Shown: one piece after another, positions 57,104 through 64,000 of the stretch
Layout: each line of letters opens with the position of its first letter
How positions within the stretch are numbered: the first letter of the stretch is position 1
Assembly (NCBI GenBank): GCA_040755855.1
Contig: JBFMAD010000006.1
Span: 154,437-218,436, forward strand
Direction: 5' to 3'
DNA length: 64,000 nucleotides
From: Planctomycetota bacterium
GTDB taxonomy: Bacteria; Planctomycetota; Brocadiia; JAADGH01
Program-made: the position numbers and the translations under genes
The notes under the pieces: model-generated
Database searches by the model: none
Told to the model about the DNA's origin: nothing
The model's input: the letters and a program-made list of their open reading frames with translations, nothing else

Positions 57104-57949
57104 TCAAAGCATCTCCCGAAGCTGCGTCACACACTTCGCCAGGACGGGCGACGGGTCGCCGACGTCGGGTCCGACCAGTTCCAGGGAGATGACCCCGTCG
57201 TAGTTCGCCTTCGTGAACGTGTCCAGGATGCCTTCGTAGTCGGCGCGCGCGAGCTTGCCCGCCTTGCTCAGGAACCCGACCTTCAGGTGGGCGTGCACGG
57301 CGTAGGGGAGGATTTTCCGGTTGCTCTCGCAGATCAACTCGTTTTCCTCGGCGATCTCCTTGCGCGAGAGGTCGCCGGGTTGCTTCGGATGCAGTCCGGT
57401 CCATATCTTCTCGGAGAAATTCGTCGGGTCGGGGTTGGTGCGCAGCGCCGGCGAGTTGAATTCCTCCATTAGGGCCACCAGTTCGTCGGCGGTACGCATG
57501 ACGGAACTATGGTTCTCCACGGCCAGACGGACCTCCAGGTCCCGCGCGAGCGGCACACATTCCTTGACGCACTCAACGACCCACCGCCGCTGTTCCTCGT
57601 AGCTCACTCCCTCCTTGTCGTAGCCGGTGAAGATGCGGAGGTTTTTCACGCGCATGTCGGATGCGATCTGGATCCAGCTACGCACGATGGCGACCTGCCC
57701 TGCGCGCTTGGTGGAGTCCACCTGGGCGAAGTCGTTGGAGGGGGAGAGGGCCGAGATCTCCATCGCCTCGCTCTGGGCGACGGCCGTGAGGTCGTCGAGG
57801 TAGGCGTGGGACGTTTCCCTGAAGTGGGAGTGGAGCAGCTCGACCGCCTTGAAGCCGAGTCGGTGGGCCTGCTTGATGAAGGCGAATAGGTCCATCGCGC
57901 CGGCTTGGATCGGCTCGCGGAAGCTCCAGGAACTGCACCCGAGTTTCAT
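57104..57949 (-). CDS. Sugar-phosphate isomerase/epimerase (TIM barrel)
   Basis: SSWSF, AVENH, D.TNF, HLK, SLE. Confidence 0.85.
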   Translation of the reverse strand: MKLGCSSWSFREPIQAGAMDLFAFIKQAHRLGFKAVELLHSHFRETSHAYLDDLTAVAQSEAMEISALSPSNDFAQVDSTKRAGQVAIVRSWIQIASDMRVKNLRIFTGYDKEGVSYEEQRRWVVECVKECVPLARDLEVRLAVENHSSVMRTADELVALMEEFNSPALRTNPDPTNFSEKIWTGLHPKQPGDLSRKEIAEENELICESNRKILPYAVHAHLKVGFLSKAGKLARADYEGILDTFTKANYDGVISLELVGPDVGDPSPVLAKCVTQLREML

Positions 57950-58019
57950 GTCACACACCTCAGCGCAACGGCGACACTACTCTCAGAAGACGTGAAAAGT
58001 TGCAGTACTACCCCTTCTC

Positions 58020-58085
58020 GTGTGCCACGGCTTGCTTGCAAGCCGTGTACGACCCCGCACGGGCGGCAAGCAGCCCGTGGCACAC
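58020..58085. repeat. Paired palindromic intergenic repeat
   Basis: GTGTGCCACGG-hairpin ... hairpin-CCGTGGCACAC. Confidence 0.7.
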
Positions 58086-58293
58086 ACTACGTTCCGTTTT
58101 CTTCTCACCATCTCACTCTCTGCGGCGGACGGCGGCGTCGCAGACACTCCGCGCCCGATCTGCACATGGAGATTTCGTTTGGAACGCGGCGGGAAGATTG
58201 TCTTGCGACTTACTCAAAAGAGTATATCATATCCCTTCAGAAACCGCAAGGTATAATTTGATGTTGGCCTATCTCAATAAGAGGAGTTGCGCC

Positions 58294-59118
58294 ATGATCG
58301 ACACGCACACGCACCTGCACTACAGCGGCCGTCTGCCCGACGAGGCCCGCGGCATCACCGCGGAGCAATTGATTGACACGATGAACCGTCGCGGCATTGA
58401 CAAGTCGGTCCTTCTGCCCATGGAGACGCCGGAACTCACAAGCGGCTATTGCCTGACGGAGCGGGCGATCGAGGCAGCCGAACGCTACCCGGAGCGTCTG
58501 ATCCCCTTCGTTCATAGCGACCCGCGGAAGCCGCGCTGTCTGGACCTCATCGCCCATTTTGCCAAGCATCCGCTCGTCAAAGGTTTCGGCGAACTTGTCG
58601 ATCCCCTTCCGTTCGACGATCCGCTGCGGATGAGAATCTACGCGAAGTGCGGCGAGTTGGGGCTGCCCGTCGTGTTCTACGGCGCCAAGAACAACTCTCT
58701 GGATGAGGTGGGCCTGCCTCGCCTCGAAAAATGCCTGCAGGAGCATCCCGACACGATCTTCATCGGCCACGGCCCGCGGTGGTGGAATGCGATCTCGGCG
58801 GATGACGACGGCGCCTGCGGCTATCCGGACTCGCCCGTCACGTCCGGCGGCGCCGCCGACCGGTTGCTCCAGGAGTACGACAACATGTACGCCGATCTCT
58901 CCGCCGGATCGGGATACAACGCCGTCACGCGCGACCCGGAGTTCACTCGCGGATTCATCGGGCGCAACTGGACGAAGTTGCTCTTCGCCACGGACTATCT
59001 CAGCGCGGGGCACGACCTGGGGCACGCGGCCTGGATGCGAGAGACGCCGATGGACGAAGCGCACCGCAGCGCCATCGCCGAGGGAAACGCGCGCCGTATC
59101 CTCCACCTCGATAAGTAA
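58294..59118 (+). CDS. Amidohydrolase-2 family protein
   Basis: IDTHTH, FIGHG, YADLSAGSG, LLFATDY, GNA.R.L. Confidence 0.88.
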   Translation: MIDTHTHLHYSGRLPDEARGITAEQLIDTMNRRGIDKSVLLPMETPELTSGYCLTERAIEAAERYPERLIPFVHSDPRKPRCLDLIAHFAKHPLVKGFGELVDPLPFDDPLRMRIYAKCGELGLPVVFYGAKNNSLDEVGLPRLEKCLQEHPDTIFIGHGPRWWNAISADDDGACGYPDSPVTSGGAADRLLQEYDNMYADLSAGSGYNAVTRDPEFTRGFIGRNWTKLLFATDYLSAGHDLGHAAWMRETPMDEAHRSAIAEGNARRILHLDK

Positions 59119-59133
59119 AGACGAGGCTGCCGC

Positions 59134-59463
59134 TCAGTCGTCCTTCTTGGGTTCCTTGGCCGTCTCTTCGCCCTTTACGCCGTCCTTCATCTCGTTGAAG
59201 GCTGCCAGCATCTCGCGGCTGTGGGCGGCGATTTCCATGTGCATCCATCCGATCGTCCCGCCGAGCATCAGGACAAGGCCGATGGAAACAAGCACGAACA
59301 GCGGCACAAAGCTGAATCGAAATTCATCGGCCGGCCGTTCAATCGCCCCGCGACAGTACGTAAGACCCACAACGATAAAAACCAGGCCCAACACCAGCAG
59401 AATCCCGCACGCCAATTTCCCCAGTACAATATCCCCGCTTCCCTTACCACCTTTTCCAGCCAT
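59134..59463 (-). CDS. Small two-TM membrane protein
   Basis: GGAGG RBS, two hydrophobic helices; TTGACA-N17-TATACT at 59533-59561. Confidence 0.65.
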   Translation of the reverse strand: MAGKGGKGSGDIVLGKLACGILLVLGLVFIVVGLTYCRGAIERPADEFRFSFVPLFVLVSIGLVLMLGGTIGWMHMEIAAHSREMLAAFNEMKDGVKGEETAKEPKKDD

Positions 59464-59645
59464 TTTCCACCTCCGATGAGTAACCCAGTTGCCTGACACC
59501 AACGGCTGTTCTTGCGCATGGATTTCGGCATAAGTATACCCCGAAAATGCGAAATTGTCAAATTTTTCTCGACAGGGAGTGAAAACAAGGTATACTACAG
59601 GAGCTCCATGTTTTGCATCGAGGACTTTCCACACGGAGGAATGCG

Positions 59646-60485
59646 GTGTTTCGGCGACTTCTGCGAAGATGGGAAATCGGTGGGGCAACCGCCCTGCTTC
59701 TCGTATTATTGTGCAAGCCAATAGACCTCCCAGCCGACATTCTGGTGATGAAGAACGGCAACCGGTTTGAGGGAGAGATCCTTCAGGAGACCCCGGAGAA
59801 AGTCGTGCTGAAGATGAACTACGGCACGATGGAATTTCCCCGCAACCAGATCAAGGAGGTCATCAAGAAGGCCGCGCCCGAGCCGCCGAAATCCGAGGCG
59901 AAGGACCCGGCGTCCGCATCCGAGGCGAAACCCCCGGCCGGGCCGACGCGAGCGCCGGCGCCGCCTGGCGGAGGTGGAAAAAACTATCTTCGCGAGAATA
60001 CCAAGGTCCTCGACATTGAGGACGCCGTGGCGCAACGATACGGCGTCCACCAGCTTTCCGTCACCTTTTTTGGGTTCAAGCTCTCGGCAGAGGACATGAA
60101 GGAGTTGCGGTTGACGAAGAACCCGTACGAACTGGTGAAGGAAAAGCCGAGCCCCGACATGAAGAAATGGAAGAGTCATCCGTATCTCCGTCTGGACGTG
60201 GAGTTCGCCGACGAGAAGAAGGGCATGGTCTTGTCGAACATCAAGGAGGCGCGGATGTGCATCTACGACACGGTCCACAAGAACGTCGGCGACGTCCTGA
60301 AGAGCGGCGAACCGGGGCGGGAGGTCTCCGTGAAGAACCTGGACTTCTCCCAGACGGATGGGGGGGAGACCCTTCATGTGATCGTGGACGGCAACGGGGC
60401 CATAAACTTCTCATTCAGGGCGGGGGAAAAGAATGAGCGAAAGTACGTATGGCACATGGACTTGACGTGTCCGGTGATTGACTAA
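59646..60485 (+). CDS. Secreted hypothetical protein, paralog A
   Basis: Signal peptide, D...KNG.RFEG.I.QETPEK domain, Pro/Ala linker; GTG start after GGAGG. Confidence 0.75.
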   Translation: MFRRLLRRWEIGGATALLLVLLCKPIDLPADILVMKNGNRFEGEILQETPEKVVLKMNYGTMEFPRNQIKEVIKKAAPEPPKSEAKDPASASEAKPPAGPTRAPAPPGGGGKNYLRENTKVLDIEDAVAQRYGVHQLSVTFFGFKLSAEDMKELRLTKNPYELVKEKPSPDMKKWKSHPYLRLDVEFADEKKGMVLSNIKEARMCIYDTVHKNVGDVLKSGEPGREVSVKNLDFSQTDGGETLHVIVDGNGAINFSFRAGEKNERKYVWHMDLTCPVID

Positions 60486-60491
60486 GGTCTC

Positions 60492-60523
60492 AACCTCCCG
60501 GAGGTTCCGACCTCCGGGAGGTT
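60492..60523. repeat. REP-like palindrome (copy of 48807-48840)
   Basis: AACCTCCCGGAGGTTCCGACCTCCGGGAGGTT. Confidence 0.75.
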
Positions 60524-60558
60524 AGCGCTAAGCCGATTTGCGGTAGGAGAAAAAAAAT

Positions 60559-61416
60559 ATGAGGACATGGGCATGTTGGGTCGCTTTGTTCGTGGCGATC
60601 TTCGGGGTGGCTTGTGTTTATGGCGATGTGATCCTCCTGAAGAACGGCAGCCGCTTTGAGGGAAAAATTCGTCAGGAGACCCCGGAGAAGATCGTTATGG
60701 AGATGCAGTTCGGGACGATGGAGTTCCCGCGGGACCAGATCAAGGAGATCGCCAAGAAGGCGCTCCCGCCTGCGCCGCAGGCCAAACCCCCGGCAGGAGC
60801 GGAGCCGGCTGATAAGGAGACCCCGGAGAAGGCCGCCCCCGCAGCCGCGGGAGAGACCCGGGGCAAGATCACCGTCGCCCAAAAAATGGAATCGGCCACC
60901 AAGAGTTACGTCATGGACATCAAGGACGCGGTGGCCATCTTCTATAAGGATGATCCGAACAAGATGATCGAGGTGAGCTTCATGCCGTTCAAGCTGTCCG
61001 AGGGGGACCTGAAGAAGCTGCGGGACGCCCGCGGGAATGAGGTCTTTGCCCTGGTCGGAAGCAAGCCGACCCCCAACAAGACGTACTGGGAAAACCGATG
61101 CCCGTATGCATTCATCAAGATCAAGTTCGAGCAAGGCAAAGAACCCGGCGCGGCGAGCATATCCGAGTGCCAGATCGTCTTTTACCAGTTTACCTATTCC
61201 AGTGAAAGCGCCACCGACACGTGGGAGGGTGCGAAGGCCCGCCTTGCCGTGCCCAAATTCAATTTGTCCATGGGGGAAACGGAAGGGGCAACGGAAGGGG
61301 CGCTCGACCTCTCCTTCGTCGGCAGGATGTCCATCAAGCGGGAGATCAGTTTTCCGGCCCAGGACCACAGCTACATGTGGAACATCGAGGCGAAGTGCAA
61401 GGTATTCGTGAAATAG
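60559..61416 (+). CDS. Secreted hypothetical protein, paralog B
   Basis: Same N-terminal domain as 59646-60485; related C-terminal DI.DAVA and FKLS..D. Confidence 0.8.
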   Translation: MRTWACWVALFVAIFGVACVYGDVILLKNGSRFEGKIRQETPEKIVMEMQFGTMEFPRDQIKEIAKKALPPAPQAKPPAGAEPADKETPEKAAPAAAGETRGKITVAQKMESATKSYVMDIKDAVAIFYKDDPNKMIEVSFMPFKLSEGDLKKLRDARGNEVFALVGSKPTPNKTYWENRCPYAFIKIKFEQGKEPGAASISECQIVFYQFTYSSESATDTWEGAKARLAVPKFNLSMGETEGATEGALDLSFVGRMSIKREISFPAQDHSYMWNIEAKCKVFVK

Positions 61417-61442
61417 CCGCAAAGTCAAACGGCAGGAAAACG

Positions 61443-61470
61443 CGAGGGCCGGCATCTTCGCCGGCCCTCG
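61443..61470. terminator. Hairpin between convergent genes
   Basis: CGAGGGCCGGC/GCCGGCCCTCG stem; TTTT shortly after on minus strand. Confidence 0.5.
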
Positions 61471-61500
61471 TATTCGATAGGAGCGGGGAACAAGCGCCGA

Positions 61501-62445
61501 CTATTCCTTCTCCTTGTCCTTATCCTTCGCGCTGAGGTCCTTGATCTCGCCCACAATCTTGTTGCCGACTTCGATCCTGCCCTGCCCGGCGAGGACCCGA
61601 CATTTCGACAACTCTTCAGCGACCACCTTCTCCACCTCGAGCGTCCCGATCTCTTCACTCTCGCCCTGGATAAGTTTGCCGGTTACAGGGTGCTTGATGG
61701 CCTCGCCGACCTTGATGATCTTGAACTTGTCCCCCTGGCGAACGTCCGCCGACTTGCCGAGGTCTATCAAGACCGTATCCCCTTCAAGTTTGATCACATA
61801 GCCCTCCGGCGGGAAGGCGTAACGGATCTTCTCGACGATCTGTTTGACCGCCTTCTCACTGGCTTCGCCCATGAAGGCGTCGCTGCCGGTGGTCTTTTCG
61901 CCCATGCTGCCCAGGCCGACGGGCGACCATCGGTTGGCGATTCGACCGACGTCAAGCGATCCCCCCTTCTTCTCCGCCTCGCCGACGGCGGACGCCGTCA
62001 GGCGGGTCTGGCCGGTGGCGGCGTCAACGATGCGGAACTGGAGGCGAACGGTGAAGATGCTCCTCGTGGAAGAGCCGAGGACCATATTCTTGGTCTTCTC
62101 CGCCTGGGAGTATTCGGTGATGCTCCCGACGACGATGGCGTCGCAGTTGAGGAGTTTGGCGGCCGTTGCCGCGGCGTTCGGTTCCACCAGGTCCGTCTGG
62201 GCCAGGTTCTTCTCGGCCATGATCTGGTCCAGGCGGTTTCGTTCGATAATCTCGAACTGCTTGACCTTGAAGAGCTCGGTGATGATCATGTCCGCAATTC
62301 CCTGGCCGACGTTGCTTTCCTTGGGCAGGTTGGCGCAGCCGGACGCGAACGAGGCGACGGCGAGCCTTGTCTTCTTCTGGGCCAGGCCCTCGCTCGCGCA
62401 CAGCACAAGGCCGCACAGCGAAATCAGAACGATACGACGAAGCAT
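61501..62445 (-). CDS. CsgG/HfaB-family protein with FlgT-C-like domain
   Basis: F.IIER..LD.I..E, GSITEY, RIVD..TG; C-terminal IDLG...V..GD.F...HPVTG. Confidence 0.78.
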   Translation of the reverse strand: MLRRIVLISLCGLVLCASEGLAQKKTRLAVASFASGCANLPKESNVGQGIADMIITELFKVKQFEIIERNRLDQIMAEKNLAQTDLVEPNAAATAAKLLNCDAIVVGSITEYSQAEKTKNMVLGSSTRSIFTVRLQFRIVDAATGQTRLTASAVGEAEKKGGSLDVGRIANRWSPVGLGSMGEKTTGSDAFMGEASEKAVKQIVEKIRYAFPPEGYVIKLEGDTVLIDLGKSADVRQGDKFKIIKVGEAIKHPVTGKLIQGESEEIGTLEVEKVVAEELSKCRVLAGQGRIEVGNKIVGEIKDLSAKDKDKEKE

Positions 62446-62501
62446 GGGACACTCTCCTTAGTACACCATTTCACAAAGGATCCTGTTGCAGACTAACGGT
62501 G

Positions 62502-62569
62502 GTCATTCCCTTGTACGCGGGAATCCACACGCGGTCGAGGGCCTGGATTCCCGCTTTCGCGGGAATGAC
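62502..62569. repeat. ATTCCC-N8-GGGAAT paired palindromic repeat
   Basis: GTCATTCCC..GGGAATCC...GGATTCCCGCTTTCGCGGGAATGAC. Confidence 0.85.
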
Positions 62570-62582
62570 GAGTAGCCACGCC

Positions 62583-63743
62583 CTATTTCACCACCTTCAG
62601 GTCAATGCGGTTCGGCAGGAGCTGCACCACGTCGAGGGGCACCCCCTCAAGCGCCATCAACCGCTCGGCCAGCGTCTCGGCGTTGATCGTCGCCTCGAGG
62701 TCGAACATTGCCACCTTGTTGGCGTACTCCTTCGGCCATACATGGTTGACCGCGGAGACGTTGCCCAGGAGCTTCTTCAGCATGACGTAGCTCTTGAAGT
62801 CGCATTCGGATATCATCACCTGAATTCGTCGGCCCTGGGTGGCGCGCTGCTGCCAGTTTTTCATCACCGAGTCAACCAGCTTCACCCCGGCCTCCTCCCC
62901 CGCCGTGGCCAGGGCCGCCTTGGCCGCCCCGTGGGGGTTGGTGGCGCCTTTGCGGACGTTGGCCGCTTCCGATGCGATGATCCCCGCGTCGTCCGTGCGC
63001 ACAGCCCGCACCTCCACGTTCGCATGATAGAAGGTGGTGTTGACGCCATAGACGTTGTTCACCTCCGGCGGGCCGGTGGTCGCCTGGCCGACGATGACGA
63101 TCTGCGCGCCGTATCGCGCGCCGAAGGCGGCGATGGCCTGCATATCCCCCGCCAGGTTGGCCTTGGTCAGGTCGCGTTCGCGGTTTTGCTCGATCTGCGC
63201 CTTGTCAACGGGCGGGAAGCCCTTGTCAATAAAGACCTTGAGGATTGCATTCTCCGCCGCATGGCCGAGATCGAAGCGCCCGTTGATCTCCTCGGAGACG
63301 ATGACCATGAACAGGGGCATGCCTTCGGTAAGGAGCGCCTCGCGAATGGCAGCCCACTCGTCGGCGAAGCGATCGAGCGAGACGACGGCATAGACCTGGA
63401 CGTGCAGGATGCCCGCATCAATCCACTTCTTTATGATCTTGTGCTCGAACACAAAGCCGGACGCCTTCGCCATCACCCGGTCCTTGACGAGCTGGAAATT
63501 CTGCGTCTCCGTCTGGCCGGCGACAAATACGCCCGTCGCCTGCTCCACGGCTAAGCGCAGCGCCTGCTGGACCGCCTCATCCTCCGCCCCCGGGTTGCCG
63601 GCCGGGGCCTTGCCGACGGCAGTGACTTTCTTCACCCCGTATTTGCCCGGCGGGGGCGGGGGTTCCTGTGCCAGGAGCAACGCGCCGCACAGCAGCAGCC
63701 ATGCGGCTGCAAGACATGAAATCTGGTGTTTCTGTAACATCAT
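62583..63743 (-). CDS. FlgT-N-like secreted protein
   Basis: Signal peptide, A...ALR.AVEQA.G.FV...T...N, GFV; start uncertain. Confidence 0.7.
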   Translation of the reverse strand: MMLQKHQISCLAAAWLLLCGALLLAQEPPPPPGKYGVKKVTAVGKAPAGNPGAEDEAVQQALRLAVEQATGVFVAGQTETQNFQLVKDRVMAKASGFVFEHKIIKKWIDAGILHVQVYAVVSLDRFADEWAAIREALLTEGMPLFMVIVSEEINGRFDLGHAAENAILKVFIDKGFPPVDKAQIEQNRERDLTKANLAGDMQAIAAFGARYGAQIVIVGQATTGPPEVNNVYGVNTTFYHANVEVRAVRTDDAGIIASEAANVRKGATNPHGAAKAALATAGEEAGVKLVDSVMKNWQQRATQGRRIQVMISECDFKSYVMLKKLLGNVSAVNHVWPKEYANKVAMFDLEATINAETLAERLMALEGVPLDVVQLLPNRIDLKVVK

Positions 63744-63780
63744 GTTATCCTCCGCCTCGGCCTTCACGCAGGAGCGTCTT

Positions 63781-63954
63781 TTATTGGTCCTTGACTCGGG
63801 TTTCCTTGGTGCTCTCGACAGTGACGCCGCCCTCGGTGGTGGTGGTGATGGTTTCCTGTTCGTTATGGTACACCTTCGGCGAGCATCCGCCGCAGCTCAA
63901 AATCCCCGGCGCGCACAGCATCGCGATGACAAGAAATCTCTTCAGCCTTCTCAT
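63781..63954 (-). CDS. Small lipoprotein (57 aa)
   Basis: Manual translation MRRLKRFLVIAMLCAPGILSCGGCSPKVYHNEQETITTTTEGG...; AAGGAG RBS. Confidence 0.6.
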   Translation of the reverse strand: MRRLKRFLVIAMLCAPGILSCGGCSPKVYHNEQETITTTTEGGVTVESTKETRVKDQ

Positions 63955-64000
63955 GTGTTCTCTCCTTATAAGAAACCCCCGGCCGCTCTCACGAGCGGCC

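Overview
GC-rich bacterial chromosomal window. Gene content (membrane-anchored GspE-like ATPase plus CvpA, Ser/Thr kinase, Tat sugar enzymes, a dnaA next to hpf-PTS genes, corrinoid protein) suggests an anaerobic Planctomycetota/PVC-type organism; this is inference. 1-22 kb is mostly minus-strand housekeeping: aroF, HU/IHF, coaX, obgE, rpmA, rplU, Rne/Rng, pilMNO-P-like-Q, ptsI/ptsH/PTS-IIA/hpf, dnaA, corrinoid protein. 22-64 kb is mixed: a large secreted putative glycosidase, a VIT-vWA protein, a GT4, a type IIG restriction-modification fusion, ald, ahbD, a decayed cassette-like island, hisF/thiG/thiS, sugar enzymes, a core methionine synthase and CsgG/FlgT-like envelope proteins. The strongest signals are non-coding. 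(1) DAHP synthase is preceded by two tandem Phe/Tyr/Trp-rich leader peptides flanking an intrinsic terminator, the second overlapping the aroF start codon. (2) A c-di-GMP-I riboswitch with a ~76-nt P3 insertion and a readable OFF-type platform precedes pilM. (3) A putative sigma54-driven ~120-nt RNA and a sigmaE-type promoter precede the VIT-vWA gene. Also seen: a catalytically degenerate PilB/GspE ATPase, degenerate attC-like sites and several REP-like repeat families. I found no rRNA, tRNA, CRISPR array, transposase or integrase. All calls are by eye; no searches or folding were run.
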